This document shows, one piece after another, positions 9,686-20,230 of a DNA stretch of 64,000 bases. The notes beneath the pieces are model-generated. The model did no database searches. It was not told where the DNA came from and worked only from the letters and a program-made list of their open reading frames with translations. Every line of letters begins with the position of its first letter. Position 1 is the first letter of the stretch. The translations under genes and the position numbers were made by a program. Source of the stretch: Escherichia phage vB_EcoP-CHD5UKE1; sequence record NC_070989.1. One strand, written 5' to 3'.

Positions 9686-12328
9686 ATGATCGTTTATAAT
9701 AACCAAGCACCTGATGCAGTGAATAACGTTGGGCAGTTTGGTGCTACTGAAGGCTCTATCGGGGCTTATAAGCAAGCAGCAGAATATGCAGCTGACTCCA
9801 AATATTGGGCACTGTTAGCAGAATCTAAGTTTGGTACAATTGATGATTTGATCGCTGAAGTAGAACGTTTATATCAGCAAGGTGTTCTGATGAAGCAGGA
9901 TATCGAAGATCTTAAGCAGGACTTTAAAGATCAAGATGCTCGTCTGATGAGTTTGATTGCTCAAACTAACGCAGCGGTATCAGATGCGAATAATGCTGTA
10001 GCTCTAATTAATCAGAAACTTATTGAAGTCCAGAACCAGCTTGACGTTCTGTTAGGAATGTCCGTTGATGTAACCACACTTCCTCCGGGAACTCCGGCTA
10101 CTGGTTCTTTTAATCCTAACACTGGTGTAATTTCTTTAGGTATCCCAGAAGGCGAACCCGGAAAGGATGGTTCTGTTAAGGATTTAGACACAGCTCCTAC
10201 TGGTGTTCCAGAGCTAGGTGACTTGGGTTTCTATGTTGATAAAGATGACAATACCGTCCATAAAACTACTCTAGAGAATATTGCTAACTTAATCCCATCT
10301 GTTCGTTCTGTTTCTGTTAATGGGGGACCAGCTCTTGATGGAGAGGTTGCTCTAACAATCAACAAAGAGACAGTAGGTTTAGGAAATGTTCTGAATGTTG
10401 CTCAGTACAGTCGTCAAGAGATTAATGACAAATTTGACAAGACTACCAAGACATACCAATCAAAAGCAGAAGCTGATGCTGATGCTCAGTATCGTCAAGT
10501 AGGTGAGAAAGTTTTAGTTTGGGAAGCTACTAAGTATGAATTCTATACTGTTGCTGCTAACAAAACATTGACTCCAGTTAAAACTGAAGGTAGAATTCTT
10601 ACCGTTAACTCCCGTTCTCCAGATTCCAGTGGTAACATTGACATTGCCATTCCAACAGGAAACCCTTCTCTGTATCTTGGTGAGATGGTGATGTTCCCTT
10701 ACGACCCATCTAAGAATATCTCCTACCCAGGAGTTCTTCCTGCTGATGGTCGTCTGGTATCAAAAGAATCTGCTTCAGATTTAGGCCCATCCCTTGTCAG
10801 CGGACAGCTCCCTGTTGTTTCAGAAACTGAATGGCAATCGGGGGCTAAACAGTACTTCTCTTGGGGCAAGTTAGCAGACGGTATTACCGATGCGGATTCT
10901 ACTAATTTTATCAACATTCGACTCCCTGATTGGACTGGAGGGGAGGCAATAAGAGCACCAGATTCTGATAAAGACTCTCAGTACAATGGGTCTGTACAGG
11001 CTCAGAAACCTTATGTTGTTACCGTAAATAACCAAGCTCCTGATGAGATTACTGGTAATGTGAACATCTCCAGATCAATTTTAGGTGCTGCTTCTTCTGG
11101 AGCAAACTCTGACATTACATCTTTATCTGGACTCACAACACCGCTATCCACCTCTCAAGGTGGGACAGGGGCTGGAGATGCTGCTGGTGCTCGTTCTAAT
11201 TTAGGTCTAGGCTCAACAGCTACCCTCAACACAATACCTGTAGCCAATGGTGGCACAGGAGCAACTACTGTTGATGTTGCTCGTTCCAATTTATCCATAG
11301 ACCGAATAGATCAAGCCTCCGGGGAGAGTAAATTATTATCCCCTAACAAAGAAACCTACCTCTTTGTGGATAACAATGGGTGGGGCTGTTATAGTACCTC
11401 AGCTGGAAGGGTTGGTGATGTGGCTCTTTCTGTTGAAAGAGGTGGTACTGGAGCTAAAAATGCTGCTAGTGCCCGATCTAACTTGGGGTTGGGGAGTGTT
11501 TCCACTCTAGATAACGTCCCTATCGCTAGTGGTGGGACAGGGGCTGGAGATGCTACTGGTGCAAGGTTTAATCTTGGGTTAGGTAACTCAGCCACAATGA
11601 ATACCGGAACTAACAGTGATAATGTTCTTAAGGTTGGTGATTTTGGAATTGGAAGACCTGACGGCGCTCTTGTTTTTGATACTACTTCACAAGACCAACT
11701 TCTTGCTGGACTTGACACTTATGGGCTGTGTGTGTTTAGGAATAACCAACAAATAGCAGCACCTTGGGACATATGGAACTACTCCTCAAACCTTTTCTTT
11801 AGGGCGGGTGACACATACAGTATGATAAGTATTCCGTTTGAGTCTGCTGGTAAGATAAAAGTTTTTGGTGGTGCATCGGGCAGTGGGTGGAAAACCTCAA
11901 GGACGGTATATGATACTGTAAATACAACTGTTGACGTCAATGGCTTTATCAAAGCAGCGTCACCAATAGTTAAGGTATTCCATGACGGAAGTTTTGAAAC
12001 AAACGAACAATCTGATGGAGTTAGTGTTAAGAAAATCTCCACCGGGGTTTATTTAATTTCAGGGTGTCTTGGTCTTAATTCTGATGCAGGATGGGGTGGT
12101 GTAGATGGAGGTTTTGAAATCCCAATAGACCGAAACAAACAACCTAGAGTTTGGATTGACTATGAGGTTAAAGAGGATGGTTCTCTTTTAATTAAAACTT
12201 ATCATAGAACCCATTCAACATCCCCAGCTTTTGCTAGAAACGAGTTGGAAGGTTTTTCTGACGGAGACCCTGTTGACATTCCTAAGGATGCGTTCATTTC
12301 GGTTCGTGTTGAAATGCCTTCTAAGTAA
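9686..12328 (+). CDS. tail fiber protein (880 aa) with four GGTGA-x-ARSNLGLG repeats
   Basis: Repeated motif GGTGAGDAAGARSNLGLGS / GGTGAKNAASARSNLGLGS etc., typical tail-fiber repeat architecture. Confidence 0.65.
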   Translation: MIVYNNQAPDAVNNVGQFGATEGSIGAYKQAAEYAADSKYWALLAESKFGTIDDLIAEVERLYQQGVLMKQDIEDLKQDFKDQDARLMSLIAQTNAAVSDANNAVALINQKLIEVQNQLDVLLGMSVDVTTLPPGTPATGSFNPNTGVISLGIPEGEPGKDGSVKDLDTAPTGVPELGDLGFYVDKDDNTVHKTTLENIANLIPSVRSVSVNGGPALDGEVALTINKETVGLGNVLNVAQYSRQEINDKFDKTTKTYQSKAEADADAQYRQVGEKVLVWEATKYEFYTVAANKTLTPVKTEGRILTVNSRSPDSSGNIDIAIPTGNPSLYLGEMVMFPYDPSKNISYPGVLPADGRLVSKESASDLGPSLVSGQLPVVSETEWQSGAKQYFSWGKLADGITDADSTNFINIRLPDWTGGEAIRAPDSDKDSQYNGSVQAQKPYVVTVNNQAPDEITGNVNISRSILGAASSGANSDITSLSGLTTPLSTSQGGTGAGDAAGARSNLGLGSTATLNTIPVANGGTGATTVDVARSNLSIDRIDQASGESKLLSPNKETYLFVDNNGWGCYSTSAGRVGDVALSVERGGTGAKNAASARSNLGLGSVSTLDNVPIASGGTGAGDATGARFNLGLGNSATMNTGTNSDNVLKVGDFGIGRPDGALVFDTTSQDQLLAGLDTYGLCVFRNNQQIAAPWDIWNYSSNLFFRAGDTYSMISIPFESAGKIKVFGGASGSGWKTSRTVYDTVNTTVDVNGFIKAASPIVKVFHDGSFETNEQSDGVSVKKISTGVYLISGCLGLNSDAGWGGVDGGFEIPIDRNKQPRVWIDYEVKEDGSLLIKTYHRTHSTSPAFARNELEGFSDGDPVDIPKDAFISVRVEMPSK

Positions 12329-12337
12329 ATTAACAAT

Positions 12338-12356
12338 GCTCCCTTCGGGGAGCTTT
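12338..12356 (+). terminator. terminator-like hairpin (GCTCCC-TTCG-GGGAGC + TTT)
   Basis: Perfect 6-bp stem and tetraloop after stop at 12328; short T-run. Confidence 0.55.
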
Positions 12357-12368
12357 AAGGAGATTTAA

Positions 12369-14540
12369 ATGGCTAGAGAATTAATGCCCAAATCTGGTAT
12401 AATGATGCCTCATGTGGTTGTAACCAGAGATGCGGCTGTTGTTGGTGTTTCTACCGTAGATGGACAGGCAGGGGCTATTGACCTCACTGGAAAGTATCTA
12501 CAGAAAACTGACGCAGCTGCTACCTACCAGACTAAAACAGAAGGCGCATCTAAAGATTTTGTGCTGGATTCAATTCAACCTATTATGTCTGGTGCTTTGT
12601 TCCGAGAAGATCCTTGGGTTGTGAACGACACACCTTTCCGCTCTACTGGAGCTAACGGAGTAGAGTCAGTGGATATGATGAAGGTCACTCCTGATAACTC
12701 AATTAAGATTGGCAGCTATGCTTCCTCGGTTCAAGGCGTAGAAATTCATTCTGCTGGTCGTCTTCAGGTTGTTGACCAGAATGACAGTGGTGTAGAAACT
12801 AAGTATCCAGTTTATTCTAAACGTTATCGTCCCGAGATTGAGGATTTACCTTTCGCTGCGATTGGTTCTTATGTTAAAGACTCCAAAGGTCGGACTATCG
12901 GTGTTACTCGTACAGGGATTAACTCTGATATCAAACAGCTTACTCAGAAAGTAACTTTTACCCAACCTGTTACTGTAGCAGATGCTGTAGGCGATTATGA
13001 TGCAGTGACACTGAGGCAACTTCGTAATAGTGGTGGCGGTTCTGGTGGTCCTACCATGAGTGGTATCTCAAACTTTGGTATCGGTGATTTCCATCTTCGT
13101 GACAGTCGTGCTTTCATCCCCGCCTTCGAGGTTGTGTCGGATGGGCAGCTTTTGAATCGTGCTGACTACCCAGATTTATGGGCTTATGCACAACTGCTAT
13201 CCCCAATTGAAGACTCTCTTTGGTTGTCTAATATCTATCAGAGGGGTAGGTATTCTACCGGAAACGGTACAACAACTTTCCGTGTTCCTGACCGAAATGG
13301 CATCCAAGAGGGGTCACTGAGAGCTTTATATGGCCGTGGTGATGGTGGTAATTCTGCTGCAAACGGTCAAGTGTTTGATTCTGCTGCACCGAACATCACA
13401 TATGCGTCCCCTCACACAATGGTAACACTAGCCTCCGCTCCTGGGCAGGTGGCGACTAACGGGGCAATTCAATCAATCACCTCTACAGACGATGTGGCTC
13501 CAGTGGGGGCTGGAGGTAAATACATATCCACAAACTTTGACGCATCACGTTCCAGTCCTATTTATGGTCGCTCCACTGAGGAGATTCTGACCCGTAACTT
13601 TGTTGGTGTTTGGACTATCCGTGCTCATGGTGGTTTTGTAGCAGCTAATACTTCTTGGTCTGTTATCAACAGGGACAGCGCAGCTCCGGCTTTAAACACT
13701 TCTGTAGTTGGTGGTAAGGTGGAATCTAAATACACTAACCCAACCTCCTCTCAATATGCTCGTATGTATATTTCCTCTTCTTGGGGGAGTGTTTGTTCTG
13801 CCGTGATTGAAGCACAAGGTACAAGTACTCACGCTTATAAGTTTTATGAGGATGGCACTGTTGATTTTAGGCAGTCTGGTAAGACAAACCCATTCCGCAT
13901 GTACACACCAACTGGAATTTGGTCTGGACTGACGGATGCGGGGCCAAACAATTTAACCACCGATGGAATGGACAGGGTGGCGATTTCTGGTGGCTCTGAC
14001 ACAGTGGTGCGTGGGTACTCTATTGGAGGATCTAAACCTAATGGTTATCCAACCAAGGTTGGGTATCATATGTATTTGCCGGGAAATGACGCCTTCGGTA
14101 TCGCCTGTACAACTATTGGAGGAGACAACGGAAGGTTCTGTCGATATTTTTACGACATAGACGGGCAGATATATGGCTCAACTGATTATGGAAACTTTAG
14201 CTATACAAAGAGTGGTGTCTCGGATGAAAACCTGAAACATAACATTGTTGATATTGATGCAGAAAGAGCTATTGAAGTAATAAAAGGACTGAAGTTCAAA
14301 TCCTTTGTTTACAACGATGATGAGAAGAATCGATCTCGTCGTGGTATCATTGCACAGCAGGCAGAGACGGTAGAACCTCTGTATGTCAAGACTCGTAAGT
14401 ATCCCGGAACTGGAAACGGCGATTCTATGAAAGAGCAGAAAGAGTTAGACACAACTCCTATGCTACTTGACACTATGCAGGTTGTTCAGAATTTGCTGAA
14501 GCGTGTAGAAGAGTTAGAAGCTCAACTGGCTGCTAAGTAA
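12369..14540 (+). CDS. tail fiber/tailspike (723 aa) with C-terminal peptidase S74-type intramolecular chaperone domain
   Basis: C-terminal SDENLKHNIVDIDAERAIEVIKGLKFKSFVY motif (autocleaving chaperone of endosialidase-type fibers), spanning about 14219-14537. Confidence 0.7.
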   Translation: MARELMPKSGIMMPHVVVTRDAAVVGVSTVDGQAGAIDLTGKYLQKTDAAATYQTKTEGASKDFVLDSIQPIMSGALFREDPWVVNDTPFRSTGANGVESVDMMKVTPDNSIKIGSYASSVQGVEIHSAGRLQVVDQNDSGVETKYPVYSKRYRPEIEDLPFAAIGSYVKDSKGRTIGVTRTGINSDIKQLTQKVTFTQPVTVADAVGDYDAVTLRQLRNSGGGSGGPTMSGISNFGIGDFHLRDSRAFIPAFEVVSDGQLLNRADYPDLWAYAQLLSPIEDSLWLSNIYQRGRYSTGNGTTTFRVPDRNGIQEGSLRALYGRGDGGNSAANGQVFDSAAPNITYASPHTMVTLASAPGQVATNGAIQSITSTDDVAPVGAGGKYISTNFDASRSSPIYGRSTEEILTRNFVGVWTIRAHGGFVAANTSWSVINRDSAAPALNTSVVGGKVESKYTNPTSSQYARMYISSSWGSVCSAVIEAQGTSTHAYKFYEDGTVDFRQSGKTNPFRMYTPTGIWSGLTDAGPNNLTTDGMDRVAISGGSDTVVRGYSIGGSKPNGYPTKVGYHMYLPGNDAFGIACTTIGGDNGRFCRYFYDIDGQIYGSTDYGNFSYTKSGVSDENLKHNIVDIDAERAIEVIKGLKFKSFVYNDDEKNRSRRGIIAQQAETVEPLYVKTRKYPGTGNGDSMKEQKELDTTPMLLDTMQVVQNLLKRVEELEAQLAAK

Positions 14541-14546
14541 AGGATT

Positions 14547-14564
14547 GCCCCTTCGGGGGCTTTT
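14547..14564 (+). terminator. rho-independent terminator (GCCCC-TTCG-GGGGC + TTTT)
   Basis: Hairpin plus T-run after stop at 14540. Confidence 0.7.
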
Positions 14565-14634
14565 AGAAGTTAAACTAGTGAATAGGTAATGAAACTAATA
14601 TATCCCAAGAGGTTAATATATAGGAGACACTCAA

Positions 14635-14853
14635 ATGAAAATGATGAAACAAGCTGCATATGGTTTAATCTGTTTAGGTGCAGGTGTTGTGGTGTCAACC
14701 GCAGTTCCTGTAAGCGCAGTTCATCCACTAGTAACTGTCCCTGCTCCAGTAGAGAAGCTTAGCTCTCAATGCAAGCAGAGAACAATTCAAAATAACCTAG
14801 TTGTTATTTGTCCTGATGCTGAATCTAACGCTCTAAGAAAGATACTACCTTAA
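14635..14853 (+). CDS. small secreted/membrane protein (72 aa) with N-terminal hydrophobic signal-like segment
   Basis: MKMMKQAAYGLICLGAGVVVSTAVPVSA hydrophobic N-terminus; directly upstream of lysozyme. Confidence 0.45.
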   Translation: MKMMKQAAYGLICLGAGVVVSTAVPVSAVHPLVTVPAPVEKLSSQCKQRTIQNNLVVICPDAESNALRKILP

Positions 14854-14882
14854 TTTAAAGGGACCACAAAAGGAGGTTAGAA

Positions 14883-15374
14883 ATGGATAACGTCGCATTG
14901 CCACCTGTACAATTAAACTTAAGCCCAGCTGGAATGGAATTCATCATGAAGCATGAGGGTATGAGAACAAAGGCTTATAAAGATTCCGCAGGTATCTGGA
15001 CTATATGTGTAGGGGCTACGCGCGATATGAATGGTTATCCGGTTAGACAAGGATTAACGTATTCTATAGAGGATTGTCTAGCTCTGCTAGATAGAGACAC
15101 ACAAGACTCTGTTCGTGCTACTCAGAAGAACATAAAGGTTCCTTTACTAGTTCATGAGTTTGATGCACTCACTTCTTTCAACTTCAACGTTGGCAGTGGT
15201 GCTTTGAGCACATCTAAGTTAAGGAAAGTAATCAATGGAGATGTTAAGGGAGACGTTTATTCCGAATTTCTTCGTTGGGATAAAATAACGGTCAAGGGAG
15301 AGAAGCAGAGAAGTCAGGGTCTTCATAATAGAAGAGTTGCAGAAGCTAATCTTTACACCGAAGGTAAATATTAA
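14883..15374 (+). CDS. lysozyme, T4-lysozyme-like glycoside hydrolase family 24 (163 aa)
   Basis: Catalytic-region pattern KHEG...YKDSAGIWTICVGAT matching the T4 lysozyme Glu/Asp/Thr arrangement; AAGGAGG RBS. Confidence 0.85.
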   Translation: MDNVALPPVQLNLSPAGMEFIMKHEGMRTKAYKDSAGIWTICVGATRDMNGYPVRQGLTYSIEDCLALLDRDTQDSVRATQKNIKVPLLVHEFDALTSFNFNVGSGALSTSKLRKVINGDVKGDVYSEFLRWDKITVKGEKQRSQGLHNRRVAEANLYTEGKY

Positions 15375-15386
15375 TGGAGGTGCCTT

Positions 15387-16190
15387 TTGGCTATCGAAAC
15401 TAATGCGGTAGTTATTACCGATTTAAACCCACTCTATCCTAGAGACAGGGATTACATCTACGAGGGGGCGGCTCAAATCCGCCTCATTAAACAAACATTA
15501 CAGAATACATTCCCCAATGTTACAGAACCAGTTGATATTGATTCTGACACCTTTAAGATTATGTCAGAGAAGCTCAAGTTTACTGGTGATGCAATGGATG
15601 TTGGTGGTCTTATGATCAAGAACGTTACTCCGGGAACTGGCGACAAGGACGTTGTTACTAAAGGCCAGATGGAAGCGTTCATGAAGAACTGGATGGAGAA
15701 TAAGCTCTATCGAATTGGTTCTTACTACATCACTGAAGAAGATATTAACCCCGGTGATTCTATCTCCTTAGGGTTTGGTTCTTGGGCTAAAGTGACTGGT
15801 GTCATTATGGGCACTGGTGTAGTAAACCCTGATGGTTCTGTCCCTAATGCTCAGAGAGTTGAGTTCCAAGCAGGTGGTACTGGTGGTCGTGTCTTCAACA
15901 CCATTCGAACAGAGAACGTACCTTTGATGACAGTTAATGGCTCCAGCTTCTCCTTATCCAGTAACACCCACAGCCACAATATGGTATTTGGTCGTGGAGA
16001 TGCTAGTGGTCATAACAGCTCGCCAAACTGGTATAGCCCGGGTGGTGGTTACAGCCAGAGAACTGATAATGACACACATACTCATACAATCTCTGGTAGT
16101 GTAAGTCTTGGTCGTGATGATATCTCTCGTCAACCTATTAACACTTTGCCACCATTCAGAGCAGCTCACATTTGGAGACGTATTAGCTAA
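15387..16190 (+). CDS. tail structural protein (267 aa), apparent TTG start
   Basis: Codon at 15387 is TTG with GGAGG 6 nt upstream; no in-frame ATG nearby. Confidence 0.45.
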   Translation: MAIETNAVVITDLNPLYPRDRDYIYEGAAQIRLIKQTLQNTFPNVTEPVDIDSDTFKIMSEKLKFTGDAMDVGGLMIKNVTPGTGDKDVVTKGQMEAFMKNWMENKLYRIGSYYITEEDINPGDSISLGFGSWAKVTGVIMGTGVVNPDGSVPNAQRVEFQAGGTGGRVFNTIRTENVPLMTVNGSSFSLSSNTHSHNMVFGRGDASGHNSSPNWYSPGGGYSQRTDNDTHTHTISGSVSLGRDDISRQPINTLPPFRAAHIWRRIS

Positions 16191-16199
16191 GGAGGAATT

Positions 16200-19100
16200 A
16201 TGGCGCTGTATCCAATAAAGTCGCTAGGTGCTGTAGGCGTTATCGCTGATCAGGCTCCGACAGACTTAGCTCCTAATGCTTTCACTAATGCTATAAATGC
16301 TCGATTTGTTGAGCAGAGAGTATTTAAGACGGGGGGCAATGCCCCTCTTTCTTATGTAGACGAAGATAAGGATTTAACCCCTCTGTCTTTCGTTTCTATG
16401 CCTTTCGATTATTATAGCGCAGGTAATAGCTTTCTTGTTGTAGGTACAGATAAGAAGTTATATAAACTGACAGATGAAAGCTTGACTGATATTAGCCGTA
16501 AGGTTGCTACAGTCACCAAGAAGGCTTCTGCCTCAATTAAGATTTATCCAGTTGTTTCTCAGATCGTTCCTAAAGAATCAACTATCTCAATGAACTTCAA
16601 TCAGACCAAGAATCTAGAGGTTTCTCTTCTCCCTGCCGATGCTAACAATACTGATCTTATTTGGGAGGTTAGTAATTCATCCTATGGAAGTGTTATGGTA
16701 GACCCTAGTGACTCCAAACTTGCTACTCTAACATCTTTTGAGAAAGAGGGTAATCTTGTAGTAACTATCTCTACTGCCAATGAATCCGTAGTGGCTCAGA
16801 TTGCTGTTAATATCATCGATGGTGATTCAGGCATCTTCTTGAGTCAAGATACTGTTACAATTCGTAAAGGAGGGACTACTACTCTCACGGTTGTTACTGG
16901 CAAAACCCCTGTAACTTGGTCCAGCAATAACGCTTCTATTGTATCTGTAACCCCTAACGCCAACTCTTTAACTGCTGTCATTACAGCGAATGGAGAAGGT
17001 AATGTAACAATCACTGCTGATAACGGGACTAAGACTGCTTCTTGTGAGATTGTTTCTATCCCTCAGATTGATAGTATCTCTTTAAGCCAGTCAGATGTTA
17101 CTGTGAGTAGAGGTTCTCAGTATATTTTAACTGCCACCCTTTCTCCTGCTAACGCCCCTAATCAAAACATTACTTGGACCTCTTCTAACCCAAATATTGC
17201 AACAGTATCAGGGACTAGCACACAAGGGACAGTAAATGCTTTACTTGCTGGCTTTACTGAGATTACAGCTACCACTGAAGAAGGTAATAGAGTTGCTGTC
17301 TGTACTGTACGTGTAGATTTAGCTGGAAGGACAATGAGAACAAGTGCTATGGCATTTGCTGCTCCTGTATCAGAGTCGGTAGAAACTCAAGATGAGGAAG
17401 TAGTAACTCCTCCTGAAAGTGAGGAAGTTGTTTATTTTGCTGAGCCTACATCTGGTATAGATACGTCAGGGATGTATGAAGGTAATAACTTCTATGACTA
17501 CTCTAACGTGAATGATATTGAAGGTTTTGCAAGAGCTTCTTTACTGGCAACCCCTTTGTCATCTGTAACCTTAGATATTGTCAGCGCTTCTCTTGATGTT
17601 GGTGAAGAGATTGTCATTACAGCCACAGCTTCTCCAGAAGGTGAGTACTCTTATCAGTGGTCTGTTGATAAAACTGGTTATGTTTCTACAACTTCAGTTA
17701 CTGGTAAATCTATCAAACTGGTTGCTCTTCGTAAAGGAGAGATTAACGTAACATGTACTGTCAGTCAGATGACTCAGAAAGATTACGATGCTTTTGATGA
17801 CTATCCTTGGTATCACGCTGTTATCTCTAACTGTGCAGTTGCTACAACTCACTATGAAACTCCTCAGGTAAAAGAATTCGAATCAGAATACTTTGTAGAC
17901 CTTCCGGGGTGGGGTGAGCAAACAGTTGTTGATAATGATGGAAACCCTTCAGTCAAGAAGTTTAACTGGAAATGTGAGAGAGTGAGATCTTTTAACAACC
18001 GTCTTTTTGCCCTGAATATGAGAGAGGCTAATGCTTCTGGTGTTACCACTAACTACCCGCTTCGTCTTCGTTGGTCTAACTTTGCCAATGAGAACAAGGC
18101 TCCTACACTGTGGGATGATTTTGCTTACGATCGTGTTGTGTCTTCGGACTTAGCTTCTAACATCGTAGGGCAGACTCAGGCTCTAGAGAATGGATATGCT
18201 GGTTACATTGATTTAGCTGACTCTAACGGCAGCTTGATTGATATCCTACCTCTTAAAGATTACTTGTTCGTTTATACAGAGTTTGAAACGTATATAGGTT
18301 CTCCGACTAATAACACGTACCAACCTCTAATGTTCAAGAAGCTCTTTAATGACTCTGGTATCCTTGCTCCTGAGTGTGTGGTTGAAGTAGAAGGTAGTCA
18401 CTTCGTAGTTACTCAGAACGATGTAATCTTACACAATGGTGCAACCAAGAAGTCAATTGCATCTAACCGTGTCAAGAACATGTTGATTAACGAGGTGTGT
18501 CTGGTTAACCCTCTAGCAACTCGAGTACACTTGCATCAGGATAAGAAAGAAGTTTGGGTTCTGTACGTAGGTCCGGGAGAACCAAAAGAAAGCTTCGCTT
18601 GTACTAAAGCTGCTGTATGGAATTATGAGTTTGATACTTGGTCTTTCCGTACTATTCCATATGCTCAGTGTATCGGTCTTGTTGATCCTCCTGTTTTAGA
18701 AAGAGGTCCAATCTGGTCTGACTTCCAAGAAATCACTTGGGATGACCCATCTATTAAAGAACTTGTTTGGAGAAAGGATGCAACAAACTTCAGACAGAGG
18801 GTTACGATAGTAGGTTCGTTCTTGAGGGGATTCTATCAGGTGGATGTAGGTGCTCTTGACTATTTCTATGACAGGCTAAACGATGTTGTTATAGAGAAGC
18901 CTCTGGAAATGAGGTTGGAGAGGACTGGTATAGATTTTGATAATGTGACTAATGAGTGGAATCAGAAGCATATTAACAGGTTCCGGCCTCAGACAACCGG
19001 TTCAGGTACTTACATATTTGAAGCTGGTGGTAGTCAATTCTCAAATGAATATGGACACCCACACACATCGAAGACTTATACAATTGGTGTTGACAGGCAT

Positions 19101-19217
19101 GTCTCGGTGAGACTGAACCATCCATACCTTTTCTATAATGTTATAGATAATGATGTTAACAGTAATGCTGCTATCAATGGTTTAACGATAGAGTTTGCTG
19201 TTGGTGGGCGGAGATAA
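16200..19217 (+). CDS. large tail protein (1005 aa) with tandem Big_2-type Ig-like domains in the N-terminal third
   Basis: Repeated TVTxxG...A-rich beta-strand segments; size and position consistent with tail tube/nozzle or adhesin. Confidence 0.55.
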   Translation: MALYPIKSLGAVGVIADQAPTDLAPNAFTNAINARFVEQRVFKTGGNAPLSYVDEDKDLTPLSFVSMPFDYYSAGNSFLVVGTDKKLYKLTDESLTDISRKVATVTKKASASIKIYPVVSQIVPKESTISMNFNQTKNLEVSLLPADANNTDLIWEVSNSSYGSVMVDPSDSKLATLTSFEKEGNLVVTISTANESVVAQIAVNIIDGDSGIFLSQDTVTIRKGGTTTLTVVTGKTPVTWSSNNASIVSVTPNANSLTAVITANGEGNVTITADNGTKTASCEIVSIPQIDSISLSQSDVTVSRGSQYILTATLSPANAPNQNITWTSSNPNIATVSGTSTQGTVNALLAGFTEITATTEEGNRVAVCTVRVDLAGRTMRTSAMAFAAPVSESVETQDEEVVTPPESEEVVYFAEPTSGIDTSGMYEGNNFYDYSNVNDIEGFARASLLATPLSSVTLDIVSASLDVGEEIVITATASPEGEYSYQWSVDKTGYVSTTSVTGKSIKLVALRKGEINVTCTVSQMTQKDYDAFDDYPWYHAVISNCAVATTHYETPQVKEFESEYFVDLPGWGEQTVVDNDGNPSVKKFNWKCERVRSFNNRLFALNMREANASGVTTNYPLRLRWSNFANENKAPTLWDDFAYDRVVSSDLASNIVGQTQALENGYAGYIDLADSNGSLIDILPLKDYLFVYTEFETYIGSPTNNTYQPLMFKKLFNDSGILAPECVVEVEGSHFVVTQNDVILHNGATKKSIASNRVKNMLINEVCLVNPLATRVHLHQDKKEVWVLYVGPGEPKESFACTKAAVWNYEFDTWSFRTIPYAQCIGLVDPPVLERGPIWSDFQEITWDDPSIKELVWRKDATNFRQRVTIVGSFLRGFYQVDVGALDYFYDRLNDVVIEKPLEMRLERTGIDFDNVTNEWNQKHINRFRPQTTGSGTYIFEAGGSQFSNEYGHPHTSKTYTIGVDRHVSVRLNHPYLFYNVIDNDVNSNAAINGLTIEFAVGGRR

Positions 19218-19222
19218 CAACA

Positions 19223-19246
19223 AGGGGCTTCGTGCCCCTTTTATTG
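19223..19246 (+). terminator. rho-independent terminator (AAGGGGC-TTCGT-GCCCCTT + T-run)
   Basis: Hairpin directly after stop at 19217. Confidence 0.65.
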
Positions 19247-19260
19247 TTTTGGAGGAACTT

Positions 19261-20229
19261 ATGGGTGCAGGTGGTTTTCGTAAGAATACTGGTCGCAACA
19301 ACACCACACTCCCGTACAACGTTGGGTTTCTCAATAATGTACAGGACACAGAAACATATAACGTAGCCGTGTATGATGAATTACAAAAAGTTAGCACAGC
19401 TACTAACCAAATGTTCCAAGCTATAGATGAAATTCACGAAGAGATTGATGTTCGTATTAAAGCTCTTAATGCAATGAATCTACAATTTGATGAGCTTGAG
19501 AATAGAATTACTACAGAGATAGAAACAGCTATTGCAGATATCCAAACACAGATGGGGAATCTCTCCACTGAAGATATTTGGGATAATTCTGTTCAACCTC
19601 CTGTAAAATTAGAAAGCACTGTATCTGGCTTTAAAACAAGTATTGAGGGTAACACAACTAAGATTCAAACGGTAGAAGGTATTGTCAACGACCAAGGTCA
19701 AGAGATTGCTTTAGTTCAGACAGAGATTCAAAATATTAATGGAAGCCTCTCTCAGTATATGAAGCTTTCTGAATATGAAGCTACATGGGGAGTCAACTCT
19801 ACAGTAAACGGAAGATATGCTGGGGTCAAGTTAACTAACAACGGAACAAACAGTCAATTCCAAGTAACAGCTAACAAGTTTATTGTTGGTGATGGCAGCT
19901 CTGGTAACACACCTTTTGTGTTTGAGGGTGGTAGGGCTAGAATGGAATTCGCTGACATAAAGAACGTCAATATCACAACAGCTCAGATTGCTAACGCTAG
20001 AATCCAATGGGCACAGATCGATAACGTATCCATCTCCAATGCTCAGATTCAGAACTTGTCAGCGGATAAGATTACTGCTGGCTCTATGTGGGGTTCTAAC
20101 TGGAGACTTACTGTTGGTGGGGACTTTGTTATGGGTGGCACAGGTGGGGCACAATTGTGGATGAATGGTAACAGAATAGACTTCTACGATGGAAGCGGTG
20201 CTCTGAGAATCAGGATAGGGAGTTGGTAA
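19261..20229 (+). CDS. tail fiber-like protein (322 aa from ATG 19261) with coiled-coil and AQIxN repeats
   Basis: GGAGGAA RBS before ATG 19261; the track start at 19195 overlaps the terminator. Confidence 0.5.
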   Translation: MGAGGFRKNTGRNNTTLPYNVGFLNNVQDTETYNVAVYDELQKVSTATNQMFQAIDEIHEEIDVRIKALNAMNLQFDELENRITTEIETAIADIQTQMGNLSTEDIWDNSVQPPVKLESTVSGFKTSIEGNTTKIQTVEGIVNDQGQEIALVQTEIQNINGSLSQYMKLSEYEATWGVNSTVNGRYAGVKLTNNGTNSQFQVTANKFIVGDGSSGNTPFVFEGGRARMEFADIKNVNITTAQIANARIQWAQIDNVSISNAQIQNLSADKITAGSMWGSNWRLTVGGDFVMGGTGGAQLWMNGNRIDFYDGSGALRIRIGSW

Positions 20230-20230
20230 T

